Assembly: GCA_051294375.1 (NCBI GenBank)
Contig: CM119268.1
Span: 20,363,747 to 20,427,746 of the forward strand
Direction: 5' to 3'
Length of the DNA: 64,000 nt
From: Paraspadella gotoi
Taxonomy: Eukaryota; Animalia; Chaetognatha
Of this stretch, positions 10,945 through 27,720 are shown piece by piece; within the stretch, counting starts at the first letter, position 1; the number at the start of each line of letters is the position of its first letter. Under the pieces are notes generated by a model. It was not told where the DNA came from, did not search any database, and was given only the letters and a program-made list of their open reading frames with translations. Position numbers and translations under genes: made by a program.

Positions 10945-13123
10945 TTTTTATATATAGAAAAAACATGTTTTATATAACCTATTCAGAGATGACGATTTCA
11001 ATCACCAATTTTTTTTATGGCTGCCTACACTACGCCACGCTAATTTTTGTCGTGTCGTAAACACACTTGGAAAAGAAGGGAAAGGAAAAACAATATTTTT
11101 ATGTTATAAAAGTTACAAAATTATTTGTTTCACTATCTTTATTTTTTATTTTTTAGATTTAAAATTATCATTTATGATTTTATTTATTTATTAAAATATT
11201 TTTATGTTAAATATTTAAATATATTATTATTTATCTGTTTGGGATGGGGAGGTTAGTGTTGTCTTCTGGAAATAGAGGGATAATTTTTTGGGGGATTAAG
11301 GTTATATTTGTGGGATTTGATCCCGGTTATCCCACATATTGTATGATTATTTTTACTATAAGGATAAGACTATGTAGTAGAATTGTATGTTCTGATAGGG
11401 ATACATAATGGGGAAAGTTTTATAGGGGCACCTTTATATTTAGAATATAATTTTAAAGTATATGTTAAATTATTTTTTTTCTTAAAATTTTTTTATATAT
11501 ATTTTATATCGTTTTTTAAGTAAAATAAAAAGGTCATCAGTTGGGAACCTCTACCCTTCATGGATCTCGCTCTTTAATCCCAATATCCAGGTATTGGCGA
11601 GCCATCACCAAATGGTGATCCTTACATACTATATTTTGAATATTTTATGAAAGGGCGGGAATTGAATAAGTCAACTGTATCTTATTATATTTTTTAAACG
11701 TTAGCAATTGGGTTAAGGTTAGGGATTAAGGGTGGTTAGGGATTTGTAATAAAAAAATTGTTTACCCTTACCAGTATCTTTTTTTTATTTTTGCGTAGCG
11801 AGATTTCTATGTCGCTCTTAAAAAAAACCTACCGCAAAATCCCAGTCGGCGAATGTAAAAATAAGCCATTTTATTTTTTAATGGATGGTTAATTTTTATA
11901 TTGGTTGTACCAATTTTCATAAATCAACTGCAATGTCTCCAAATCGAATTCCGAAAAGGCTAGCACTTTCCTAAAGGAGTGTCAACCGAAAAAACGAGCA
12001 ACCAGTTAAGTTCGTACCAAAAAATATTAAAAACAAAAAAGTAAAATATTAAATCAAAGTCGGCCTCTTAAAAAGATGCTCTTTCTTTCCTATTTTAAAG
12101 AGGAAGCGAATCTGGTTTCTTTCACCTCCGGCGATTATTATTCAAACTGAATTGAACTTTGGAGTTCAAACTTCAAAGATCGACTCCTCCTTCGATGCTC
12201 ATTTATTCATTTCCACGTTTTTCTTTTTCTCTTCGCTTCCTCTTTTTCCCGTCGCGAGCGCCACCGTCGGCGAAGTCACCTTTCGAAAAAAAGAACGCTC
12301 CGCGACGCGCCCCTTTTCCTCGGCACGATCTGTTGTCCACGACTAAACGGCCCTCGCCAAGTCACGCGGCGTCGATTCCCCACGACGGGGGCGCCGATTC
12401 ACCGACGACGGACTGGGGCGTGCCTCTCTGGCGTCATCGCCTTCGTCGCCCCGCATCGTCCGCGTTTTTTCTCTTCCTTTTCGTTACAAATCCGATGACA
12501 TTCCTTCCCCGTGAATTGAATCGGCGGCGGCGGCAGGTTTCTTTTTCGAAACCATCGATTCTGAGTCAGAGGCCGGAATCGAGTTGTTGTGATGATTTCG
12601 GTGGAAAGAAAAATCAAATATATGTGGGTTTCGTGGCTCTCGTTTTTAATTTCCTCTGTTTTTTTGTTGTATCTTTACTTGTATTTTTAATTTGTGAAAA
12701 TTGTGATCGATCAACTCGTGCCATTTTGTACTCGGCAAGAGTTTTGAGTGTCGTCGTTTATTTAACATTTTTTTTCGTGATTGTGAAAATTTTTTTTTTT
12801 TCACTCCGTGATTCCCTTGATTTACTCAGATAATCAAACCCCGAAGAATGTCGCCGTTGAGTCGCGGCGGTGGATGAAGGGACGGACGACGTATAAAACT
12901 CTTTGCGTGTTGTCGTCGTCGTCGTCGCAGCGACAGATCTATCCGCGTCGGAACAGAAACGAGACTCCGTCGCCGCGGAGGAGAAAGGATAAGGGGGCGT
13001 GACGCTTCCCTGCGCCGGAAACGAAAGGGACGATTGACGACGACGACGCGTTTTGTCTCAACTTCTTTCAATCGGTAGTGTCCATCTTTCTTGCCGCTCC
13101 CACCCGTCCTCACGAACTAGTGA

Positions 13124-14083
<960 letters not shown>

Positions 14084-16630
14084 AAAAGGGGGGGGGGAGG
14101 AAAGAATTTTTTTTTTGGGGGGGGAGCGTTGGTTGGGATGGAAAAAGGACACTTTTTTTCTTGGCCACGCCCATAGTTATTTTATCCCCTTCCACGCACG
14201 ACGTTCCCTCACTCGCCTCCCTTTTTCGATTTTTCTTTTGACCCTTTTTGGCCCTGGTGGGGCGTGGGAGGGAAGGAGGGATGGGGCAAATAGGGTCGAA
14301 GGGATTATTTTAGGGATTATTTTATTTCATTTAAGATTTCTTTTTTTCATGGCAAATTTTTTTTCGCTTTCATCGGTTAAGTCTTTTTATTTTAATTGGT
14401 CGTCATCCTCACATAATTCAGTTATGTTTAAAAAAAACTAAAGTAAACATAACTGTTTTCACATTGTCAGTTTTTTTTTATTATTATTATTATTATCGCA
14501 AGTTGTTATTGTTTATGGTCCGTCAAAGGTGTGATTTTTGGATCATATTTGGTCAGCTTTGATGGAATGGATTTTTGATTAGAGAAAGAACGAGACTGTG
14601 CCAACCTACGAGGAGTTTTGATTTTTATCTTTTTAATACCGCAGAAGCGTAACGTAGTTCAAATGTAAAAATAATTTGGTTATTCTACTAAAAAAATTTT
14701 TAACAATTATTCTTTGAGTTTAATGAAATTCTTAGCGGCCCAATCATTGGGTTCTTCATAATATTTTTTATAAAAAAATTCTCCTTAATATGATTAAATA
14801 CAGCGTTAGTTGGCGTTATAATAATATTATACCGGTTTTCTTTTATAAATAATGGTGTTTTCGGTGTTTTGCAAGTGCCATTCTAAATTTTTACTAAAGT
14901 AATCTTTCCCGTTTATATACATTTATCGTGAAACTTTTAAAAGGTTATAACTTACGTAACTTTGGCTCAAAAAAACCAAATGCTGTTGGAGAAACTGTTC
15001 GTTCGATATTGTCTGTTATGATCCAGTGTTTTGGAAGAGGCCAATATAAGATCCTGTGCGGGTTTGTTTATATTTTGTTTTAAGCTAAACGAAGAACCAA
15101 CAACGTTGGTTTTTGTGTCGGGGTCGGTTTTTTTTTGTCGAGTCTTACGCAGCATAATTTGATGGACCTCTTCTCTTTACTCCCTTATACATAACAAGAT
15201 TTTTCTTCAACGCCAAATGTAGAAAAAAAAACAACAAAAAATTCCTTCTGTGATATTATTCGTTTTTAATGTTCGAAATTTGTATGCTATTGTTAGTTTT
15301 TCGTGCTCGTCGCCAGCACAATGCCAAAGCTTATTTCGCATCAGTCGTCCTGTAAAATGAAAAGCTAAAAAATCCTTGGATATCGCATGCACGCCCTACT
15401 CCAGGAATCGTCCACGAGTACGAGACCTCATGCTTTATTTTTAATTTTCCTACTTCGAATTTTACATTAAAAAAGCAAGCAAAACTATCGGTAACACATT
15501 TTGGCTAATTTGTCGTTATTAAAATGAGAAGATTGTACTGACGCCATGTTTTATTTATCTTTTTTTATGCTAACAAATTCCCGTAACGGCGGCAATACTC
15601 TTATTTAAATATTCAGCTTTTTAATGTAATTTCCAGAATATTTTTTCAATTTTTTTAATTTTTTTGGGCCCAATTCAAAGGGCGACGCCGATAATATAAG
15701 GGATAAAACTACCACTGATTTAGGGAACCGTTGGAAGAGGTGTGATGTTTATCAGTTTGGAATATAAAAAACAAAGGATTTAAGTGTTTAGAGATTCGAG
15801 TGCAAAGGAGAAAAAAAAGGATAAAAAGGGAAATGTAGTTTGGAGAGGAATCGACTTTTCTAACCTAGGCTTGTAGAGGCAACAACGCTTCACGTCGACC
15901 AGTCGAGCAAACTTTTTTTTGGCGAGATGATGTGCAAAGAATCTTATTGCCTCTGTTTATTTTTATTAGTGTTTTTTTTTTCTCTTGTCCTCGCAGCAGT
16001 TTTCTTACTACTTTAGGTGCCAACAAACGATTGTATTATGATACAACTCGTTAGTTTAACCAAATTATTATTACTATCGTTACATTTTTTTTAAAAAACA
16101 TTCCATTCTGAAACTTGGCATAAACTTGTCCTTGTATAGTATATTTATAGGAAAAAAACTAAAATTCTTCACGGGGAAAACTTATATTTTTTTGACATTC
16201 AGTGTAAAAGATACATTTAAAAAAATTGCCCTAGTCCATTATAATTTTAAAAAAAAATTCATTCCTTGGTAATGATAGCGTTTTCACGCAGTCTCCGTAG
16301 CCCTATTGATAAAACAAACAAAAAATTTGCTACTTTGTAAATAAGTCTCTCGGTGTCGAAAAAAATCCTTAGATGTTAGAAACATTATAATGATATTATC
16401 ATTGAAAAAAAAACAGGTGTATTCGTTTCGATAGAAATAAAAAACACAAAAAAGCGGAGCTTCCAAGAAACCTCAACGCCCGAATATTCTACGAAGTGAC
16501 GGGAGAAAAATTCTTCGACGAGGATTTCCTCTCCGTTTCTATCAGCGTCTCCATTTCGCTCGCGATCAAGACAATCCTCTAGCACTCCATCTTCCACCCG
16601 TGCGGACCAAAGACTCGAACTTCCTCGTGA

Positions 16631-17714
<1,084 letters not shown>

Positions 17715-19733
17715 AGGATGTGGGCGGGGGGAGAAAGGTCGGTTAGGGGGAGGAGGAAGGGACGGGGGTGGCGGGGGAAATGTAAGGGGGGGGTTAGGGG
17801 GTTCATCGTGAGAGGGTCGAGCTGCTTTAGTTTTTGAAGCTCGAGGGTTGGGAGGATAAGCGAAAGATTTGATTATGGCCGATCAGTTGTAATTATTTGT
17901 TAGAACGTGTGAAGCAAAAGGGGAAGTGCGATTCTTGGGATATTTGTTTTCTTTTATTCTTGTAAAATCTTAAGGCTTTTCCGAGGTGTTTCTCCTGAGA
18001 GCTCAAGGGGGTTTTTTTCTCTCTTCGTGGGAAATGAGATGCTTTTTTTTTTCGGTCTGTCGCTAGTTCTTTTTTTTGTCTGTCGTTGTGATTTTATTTC
18101 TTAACGATTTCTGATTATTCAAAAAACTTTGTTTGGTTTTGTTTTTATGGGTGATCGAATTAATTCTTCTGGTTCATTTTTAAAAAAAATGTAATTGTAA
18201 ACCCCTCCCTTTTAATTCCCGAGAGAGATGTATCATGTTGATGTTGTTGTCTCTCACTTTTCTTAGCCAATTATCGTGTTTAGGTAAATAATACGCCGTA
18301 GACGAATTTTCATGAAAAAAGCTTGATTTTATATAAAACCTTTTTATGTATACATAATAAAAATGCGTTTCATTATGATCTTCGTAGGTTTTTTATCGTA
18401 TCAATGTCCCTCCTCTTCTTCAGCCGCCACTTTTAGAATTTTCAGTAATTAAAAAATGAAAATTTAATACGTTTTTAACGCTTTTGGAAATAAAAACAAT
18501 GTACAAATTTAATTTATCTTTGTAATTTCGGAACTATATCGAGTTCGCGTATGTACAAAAAATGCATGGGTTTCAACTTAAAAAAAAAAGATTTGTAAAT
18601 ATTTTTCATTTTTTCGTTGTCTCAGCCGAATTTTTACCTTCTCTCTCTCTAGGCTGCTTTACATTCCTTTTTTTCTTTCTTTTGTTAAAAACTTTTCCTA
18701 AGTCATGCGAAACTGTTAGCGGTTGTACAAAAAAAATTATTACTATGATTCTTTTGTTATCGAATTCTTTAAAAAAGAAAAACAAAAACAATCCGCTCTG
18801 TGTTGTATACCGTGGTTTAAATCGCTCGAACGGGAAATTTCGGAATAATAAAAAAAAATGAAATGCCGTTTTGTATTTATATGCAAACGAAAAAAAAAAG
18901 TTCCAAAGATGATTCGGTCTCTTAATTCGCTAATTTTTACCATTCGTTCTAATCAATTATATTTAAAGATAAGGCAGAAAATTGAATTTGAAAAAAAATT
19001 AAATTAAAAAGAAAACGGGAAAGCGGGAAAAACCTGGCGCTCTTTTTTGTTTTACTCCATTTGTGCACCTAAAAAAGTTCAAACTTAGTCACGTGATATC
19101 CGAGCCGTGGTTTTTCTTCCTCAACCGTTTCTCTGTTTTCGCTTATTTTTTTTGTGGTCGTAGTAGTTCTTTAAAAGATAATCCCTCTACTTATGTTTAA
19201 GTAAAGTCATGCGCCGTCTTTTTACAATCTGAATAAAAAAAACCTACGTAAACGTTTTGTATTTTTTCTCGTGGAAGAGATCCTTAGTCACATTAGTTAG
19301 TTTTTATTTTTAAAAATAAATTTTCCTAAAAGTTTCATAAACTAATTATTCAATGTTCATTGATCGTGCAAGTCTGCTAAGTGCTAAGCGCCGATGTTAC
19401 AAACTTAGCTTTTATTGTATTAAATTTATTGAGTTAAGGCGGAGATGAAAAGATGAAGACATGGGTAGAACTTTGTAATAACTCAGCTGGGTTTAGGATA
19501 TCACCAATTCAGGAACACGTTTTTAATCACGGCTCCATACGCTGCATATTATTTTAAGGACCGTGTCAATCAAGTTCGTAGATAATACGTAGAAGATAAA
19601 GTTAAATTCGATTATGAATAATTTACCCGTGTTTAAATTTGTTGTTCTTCATTAGATCTCTAAAAACGCAAAATAATTTTTGCGGTAAAATTTTACTTTC
19701 GCCGACCGGGGTTTTGGCGTCTTGGAAAAACTA

Positions 19734-21564
19734 CAGTACCGGAAACCTAGAATTTCGTATGTCTGTAGATAGAATAACTTTTCCATTTTAGGATAAATGG
19801 CTTTATGATTTTATAGGAAGTTGTCTGTATGTCTGGCTATTACCCATTGAAGCAATTTTTCAGATAAATAATCCTAAACCACTTAAAAATTGGGTCCAAA
19901 AAATATTTAAAAAATTGCATAGCTCTGATATATTTATACATTTTTTAAACATTTTTTGCTAACTTGTACTCGAGAGGGTTTGTAAACTTCTGTAGAAATT
20001 TCGTTACTATTGAAAGATTTTTTGCCATATTTATCAGTGTTGATATTTGAGATAGGTCATTTTTTATCAAGCCATGACCGGCGAAGCCGGTTCAGGCTTG
20101 ATATTCATTCGGGTGAGCTTCTTTGTGACGTAGTCATCGTCGTCGTCCGTCACGCTGTTTTTCTATATAAATACTACTACGCTTTTATAGGTTTGGCTGT
20201 GACTTACCGTTTTTTTATAAAAAAAATTATTATGAATTATGATAAAGTTTTACAAAAGTGTGCATTCATAGTAAGTTAAAAATTTAGATATGGCTTCTCA
20301 TCTTGAAATAGCTTTGATATTTCTTATTACATTGGATTTAAGTATTTTTTGTTTGAATTTCCACTTCATTATGATTTACTGCAATATGCAAATGAGATTA
20401 TAGTACTCATTATCATATCCAAATTAGTATATAGAAATGTTTTAATCTAATTTACATATTGCAGTATATAATATTGAAATGAAATTCAAAAATTTTTTTT
20501 TAAATCTCTAATAAAAATGGGAACTCAAAATAACTTTTTAATGACTATATCTTAATTTTAATAAAAATAAAAATAAAATCTTTTACAAGCTGCGATTGGA
20601 AAAAATTGGAAAAAATTTCAAATTGTAAACCATTGTAACATTTTTTGCCTTTCTTTTATTTCTTTTATTCTTTTATTTCAGAAAAAACGAGTTCAGTTTC
20701 TGCACTGACTGTACAGCGGCCTGCGTGTCCAGCTTTGTCTCTCTCTCTCTTTCTCTTTCTGTCTCTTTCTCTCTTTTTAAGATCTCTTTTTATTTCGTTC
20801 TTTTTTTGAAAAATTATGATTGTTTTCTTTCTAAAACTTTTATTCGGGGCTTTTTTTCTCAATACAAAATCCCAAATTTACATCCGAGATTTTCGTGGAT
20901 ACATTTTTAAAAAGTGAAGAATAACTTATATTGACATGCATTGTCACATATAAATCAGCTAATGTGACTTATTATATATGCAGCACTTTCGCCGAACAAT
21001 ATGCATTACATTTAAAAAAAATAAATTTGTATTTATTTATTATTGTAACTTTGAACCTGTTGGCCCACTATTGGCAAATTATATCTAAAATAGGAGTTGA
21101 TAAGAGAGATATAGTCAAATTAAACATTACTTTTTTTGTTATTCTGATAATTTATACTATTATTAAATTTATAAATATTTTTAGTGTATATATTTAATCA
21201 TTTTTAACTTTTTTTTAATAATAATTATTTGAGTTGTAATAACTATTTATAAATTAATTAAATATGCAAATATAAAATTTGACCTCATATTCGTCGGAAA
21301 ATGAGTTCAGCTCTGCAGCGGCGGTCCAGCGGCGGTCCAGCGGCTGTCCAGCTTCTCTCTCTCTCTTCTCTCTCTCTCTCTCTCTCTTTTTTTCCTTCTA
21401 AAAACTTTTATTATCGCCATTTATTCCGCGCTTTTTTTCTCAATACAAAATCCCAAATTTACATCCGAGATTTTCGTGGATTTTTTCCCTAAAATATTCT
21501 GATTATTCTTTATATAAACGAGAGAGACCTAATAATGCGTTTCGTTGGCGGGAAAACTGTCCAG

Positions 21565-21600
<36 letters not shown>

Positions 21601-22306
21601 ACTCATACACGCATTTGTTTGTTTTATTTACGATGAATGATTCATCGCGTCAATGAATGACTATCATCATGGCTTGATCCTTATGCTTTTAAGATTTTTC
21701 AATGATGCATAACTTTGTGAATATTATGGTTTTGGCACATGTTAAAATTTTTGTAACAAAATTCAATTGTTAATCCTGCTAAAAATATTATTGTCATTTG
21801 TTATATATTAATAAATATTTAAAAGCTTCAGTGCAACAACCCAATGAACTAATTCAAAAGGTTGCATTGAAAATCGATTTAGTAATAGAAGGAAAAAAGA
21901 AATTTTTTGAGAGAATTAGAAGTTATAAAAAGTGTTCAATTTTGGCCCGCCTTACTACCCAAGGCCTACCTAAGTACCTATTACTAAAATTTAAAACCAT
22001 AATATTCACAAAGTTATGCATCATTGAAAAAATGACCCATCTCAAATATCAATACTGATAAATATGGCAAAAAATCTTTCAATAGTAACGAAATTTCTAC
22101 AGAAGTTTACAAACCCTCTTGAGTACAAGTTAGCAAAAATTTAAGAAAAAATTTCTAAATATATCAGAGCTATGCAAGTTTTTAAATATTTTTTGACCCA
22201 TTTTTTAAGTGGTTTAGGATTATTTATTTGAAAAATTGCTTCAATGGGCAATAGCCAGACAGTTATTCAATCTACACACTTACGACTTTCTAGGTTTCCA
22301 GTACTG
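19734..22306. mobile_element. Palindromic TA-flanked MITE interrupted by the family C element
   Basis: TA-CAGTACCGGAAACCTAGAA ... TTCTAGGTTTCCAGTACTG-TA; ~19830-20060 is inverted at ~22030-22260. Confidence 0.75.
20066..21694 (+). mobile_element. HINE-like family C, nested in a palindromic MITE
   Basis: TTTTT-ATCAAGCCATGA, hairpin CCGGCGAAGCCGG, GGCTTGAT; 3' TCATGGCTTGAT-CCTTATGCTTTTAAGA-TTTT. Confidence 0.7.
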
Positions 22307-25300
22307 TACTTAAAAGTTAAAAATACTTATTTTTAAAAAAAATTCTATAAAATGGTCCATACATGTGAGCATATTTATTATAATGATTTTTTTCGATCTG
22401 GTATAGAAGCAGTGATCTTTTCTTAACATGCAATACCATTGGGACACACTGTATTATGTGGAATAAACCTTAACAAAGTTAAATTCGATTATGATAAAAC
22501 TAACCGTGTTTAAATTATGCGTTTTTGGAAATCTAACGAAAAACAACAAAGGAGTTTTGCTTTTTGCTTCTGCGCATCACAAATAATCCGTCGAGGCGAA
22601 ATTGCGCATTTGTAAATATACGTGACGATGGTTCGGTCAGAGAATGGATTTTTTCTTTTTGAAGAGACATGCCACAGGTAGGACCCAACTCCGAAGATAA
22701 TATAAAATTTCGACTATTAGAAAAGTTTTTTAAGTTGTCTTGACTAAATATTTAAGCAATCATTTTCAAAAAAAAATTTATATTATACGTCTAGATTAAT
22801 ACATTAACTATTATTTGTCTTTTTTATATAATTTTTTTTAATCTTAAAATTTTTTGATGGATTCTGTCAGAGCATAAAAAGTTAAACAAGAAATATAATT
22901 ACAGCTTTTAAAAATTCTTACGTTTTCTAAGTGAAAATAAAAAAAACTGATAAAATCATCGAAAGAAGATGATTTTTTATGGTTTTTCTTATTTTTGACC
23001 TACTTATCATGAAAATATTTAAAAAAGAATTATACTTTGTGTACACAACTTTTTATGAGCTATCTGAATCTGGTCTTAAAATTTTAAAATTATCAAAAAA
23101 TTTTGGCCTTTCCTATCTATAAATAAATATTAAAAAAATAATTATTTGGGTAGAGAGCCATGCTGCCATATAAGAAATATTTTGTCCATTGAAAGTATAC
23201 TTCAAAATGTATAAATTTTTCGTTTGAGCATGTAATCATTCTAAATTTTTGACTCACACCATTGACTGGCGCTACCCCTAGCATAGGTGAAATATATTTA
23301 GATGTAAACTTGTAAATCCCACCAAAACCTTTCAAGTTACAAATTGTAAATCCTACCAAAAACTCTTATTTCAATTTTGTTTTCCTCTTTTAACTGTGCC
23401 CCATCGCCAGTGCCCTCTTTCAGTCTTTGCTTTGTTCGCTTTCGAAGTCAGAAACGAATCTTTCCATTCATTTTTCACCAAATCGAAACAACTTTTTCTA
23501 GCTCTGCGTTCTACCGCCGCCTCACAACAAATAAAACAAAAGAGGTTAAATTTTACTTTCGCCGACCGGGGTTTTGGCGTATTTTAAAAAATCATTTAAA
23601 AATATTTATTAAAAAAAATTTTTTTTTACCTAATTACCCTTCGTTTAAATCGGCAAATTACCTCAGCATCGATTGACTTGTCGTGATGATCCCTCGCCTC
23701 GCTACGCCCTCATTCATAAACGATCGAGATCGCGGAGATCCCAAAGCTCGAGCCTCACCAACCTAGTAAGGCGGATCAAAGTGAAAACTAAGTTCTTTGA
23801 TGTAAATAATGTAAAAGTATTTTCCAATAATAATACGTAATCCTTATTTCTTATGCATCAAAAAGTATTTAAAAGCTTTGTTTTAACTTGCTCTTTTCAA
23901 TAAATGTACAAATAGATTGAGTAAATAATACTCGAAAAAAAATTGGCGCGCCTTACTACCGGGCCTTAACTCTTACTCATCCCTACCTCCTGCTCGAGCG
24001 TTGAGCAATTTTATCCCTCCGTCTCACCCACCATTTATCACGAACGCGTTCATCGCTGTCCGGACGTCCACGCTCACTTTCACTCCCTTATCACCGCCAT
24101 CTTTATCTCGGCCACCAATGGCCAATTTATCACTACGCTATCACAACTGTACGGAATTGATTTTTATTTCGGGCCTTCAAGGTCCCGATACCACTGCTCT
24201 AGTTTAATCTTGCTTCACGCAAACACGTTATGGGTAACTCATAACAATTATTAGTCTCTTCAACGGTTTATTGTATTTTATTTTTTACTAATATGTAGTT
24301 TTAACTATGTCTGTATAATTTTAACCTTACAGTTAAATAATTCCTCCTATGCTTATTGTATATTGTATAATCCACCACTTAGTGTAGCAGCAACTACGCG
24401 CGCGCCGTTGTCACTCCGGACCATTTTACCACTTTAGTCCCCAATCACCTTCCTCCCATTTTATCACTTTTCCCCTATCCCCTCCACCTTGACCCCGTCT
24501 GGCACTTTATCACTCCCTCCCCAATTGAGTCTGGCGCCTTTGATGCGGCCATCCGCACTCGTTATCGAGATCCGAATTTTTTTGAGAAGAAAGGAGGACG
24601 AAGAAAAAGTGAGTGAGAGAGAGAGAGAGATGGAACGAGGGAGGCGTTTTCGCTCTTAGGCTCGGAGGTCGAAACTGTAATAGAAGATAAAGCGGGAAAA
24701 CTGTCGCTATTTGGTTTTCGCAAAGAAAATTATCTGCTTAGCCTGAGGTGAAAAATTCATCTCTCCGAGAAAGAATCGCTGACTGACATTCAACTAGATT
24801 ATTAGTATTACTATGACCTCATATGAAGCGTTAAGCATAAACAAACCTACAAGTTGTCATGAGTGAATAACGATAAAGTAGGCAAATTTACTCTAAAATA
24901 AAAAAATGTAAATGTCTAAACGTGATTTAATCTTTTTCAGCATCTTATACTTGGTCCAATATTTTTTTGTTGAGGTAAAAAAGAAAAAAAATCTGTCGTT
25001 CATTCCCTCTTAATCCTTTCGCCCCTCCCCGCTTATTTCCCATTCAAGGTCAAACGAACAAAAGGTCACCAGGGGTCACTCGAGGTCAAAAACGATCCCG
25101 CGGTTTCGGCTGGGGATGCAGAAAGAGGGGAGGAGAGATAGGAATGTGTTAAATCAGGAAAGAGAGAGAGTGAGTGAGTTTCTAGGCGTGAAATGAAAAG
25201 AGAAGGACACGAAACAAACGATGAAACTAATTTTCAGGGTTTTTTTTTATCGACCTGTTTTTGTAAATCTCGTCAGCGTTTTTCTTCTTCTTTTTTTCCC

Positions 25301-25992
25301 CGTCATCTCTTCTCTCCTACTTGGAGGTTTTCTTTTATTTCTTACTAGCTCAAATAAAATGATAATGCTAACTCTTTTCCTAATGATATAGAAAAACACA
25401 ATTTAGCACCAATAAAAAGAAAAAAGTTTTTTCACCTTCTTGTTCGCTATCACCCTACATAAAAATACTTTTTTTTATTCCAGAAGGAATAAACATTTTC
25501 ATATTTTTTGCAGGTAAACCCTGTTATCTTTATTAAAGCTAACAGACAAAGATAATAACTATGACAAAGACGGAGAGAATGACAAAAACAACCATGAATT
25601 CTTTTTAATCTTTCAAATCATTACTTGCAGTTAATTGAAAAGAGCGCTGGAATGACTCTATAATCCACTTTGTCGGTCCGTCGGTTCTCCCCCAAAATCT
25701 TGTCGGTCATTCACTTAAGTCATGTCAGAACATAGAATTATAATAAATTATGCAAAAAAAAAAATGATGTCCGTCCGTCGGTCCCCCAATTACTCGTGAT
25801 TGGAATGGATAGATTAAGATGAACTTTTTGTGTTGGACTGTTGGTAGGAAAGTGTGTGATTGAGTAGGATACAAAGTTTAAATGGAATCGTGCAAGTGGA
25901 AAATGAGTTTAAATGAAAAAAAAACATAATTGGATAGTAAGTGAAAAACAAAAGTCACTTTTACCTAATGATTTTTATCAAAGGTTCTCTTC

Positions 25993-26035
<43 letters not shown>

Positions 26036-27219
26036 CCCTTGACAATTTAGCCGTTGATTGATCAGTTAATTGAATGATTAATTTATGGATTCTTTTATTG
26101 AAATATTTTATTGAAATATTCACATTAACATGTTGGAGAGTTTTTTCTCTCTATTTATTATTTTTATTAGGGAATTTATCAGATATCAAGGTGTCATTAA
26201 TCGACTGTCACATCATAAATGATAGATTATTATCACATCACTGATCAGTAATGATTCAAAAATTCATATCATTGATTTAATAGAGCTTTATTATTTCATG
26301 GATAAATGGTTATCTTTTCATGATTGATTATCATCCTACCAATAATATATTTATCTCTTTAGAATGATTCTTATATCTTTTGGTAAACAAACAGTTATTA
26401 GATTAGATTAGATTAAATTTATTTAGAAGTCTGTTTTGATTTGTTAAGTTATGATCTGTTATAATCTGTTAAGATTACTAATTGAAAGAACTAACATAAC
26501 TTATCTAATTAGCTGATTACCGCTAAATTATCGTAGACAGATCCGACATTGTTTGCTCAAACTTGTTTTCGTTCAAATGGTCGGTAAACACCTTAAACTT
26601 AACCCATCCTTAATCATTTCCTAACTTTTCTTCGTTAGCATTCCTTAGAAAAAAAGAAAAAAAAAGAAAATGGAAAAACCCAAAATTACCCCGAAAATTT
26701 ATTCTAAAAAAAAAAAAGAGGATGACGAACAAAGACTCGGGCTGTTCCGGAGCCACCATGCGCCGTCTCGTGCGTCTGAGAAGCGCTCCGCCTCTTTTTT
26801 TACGATTCGCCGCGTAAAAATCTCACGATTCGCCTCCCCCCCACTCGTTTTTTTTTTAAAGAAAAAAGAGTAGAACGCTCGACACAATATGGGGGAGCCG
26901 CTTACTACTACAATATGTAATAAATTTTCCTCCCCCCCATTTTTTTTCCTCGGGCGCGAAAAGATGAATTTTTTTCTCTTCTGAGGATGGAAGATGGAGG
27001 GGGGCACAGGGGGGGACTGAATATTAACGCGTGGTCGTGAGGATTCATAACCGGGATCGAATGTGTGGGGGGGACGAGAGAGAGAGAGAGAGAGAGCATC
27101 AGAGAGGGGGTCTGCATTTATATTCGCCAATTAGGGAAATGAAGGACTTGGAAAAAAAATTATTCAACGATTCGCGAATTCAAAGGATCGAGATGGTTAG
27201 CGCCGAAAGGAGGAAGGGA

Positions 27220-27720
27220 TAAAGGGGGTAAGGGGGGACCGGGTAATGGGGTAAGTTTATTTGGGTAAGGATTGAGAAGAGAGGGGGTAAGGGGTGACCG
27301 GGTAGTGGGGTAAGTTTATTTGAGGTAAGGATTGAGAAGAGAGGGGTAAGGGGTGACCGTGTAGTGGGGTAAGTTTATTTGAGGTAGGGATTGAGAAAAG
27401 AGGGATAAAGGGGTAAGGGGTGACCGGGTAGTGGGGTAAGTTTTATTTGAGGTAGGGATTGAGAAAAGAGGGATAAAGGGGGTAAGGGGAGACCGGGTAG
27501 TGGGGTAAGTTTATTTGAGGTAAGGATTGAGAAGAGAGGGGGTAAGGGGTGACCCGTGTAGTGGGGTAAAGTTTTATTGAGGTAAGGATTGAGAAAGAGA
27601 GGGGGTAAGGGGTGACCGTGTAGTGGGGTAAGTTTATTTGAGGTAAGGATTGAGAAGAGAGGGGGTAAGGGGTGACCGGGTAGCGGGTAAGTTCATTTGA
27701 GGTAGGGATTGGAAAAAGAA
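27220..27720 (+). repeat. G-rich minisatellite, ~60-bp unit, ~8 copies
   Basis: Unit approx GGGGGTAAGGGGTGACCGGGTAGTGGGGTAAGTTTATTTGAGGTAAGGATTGAGAAGAGA. Confidence 0.9.
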
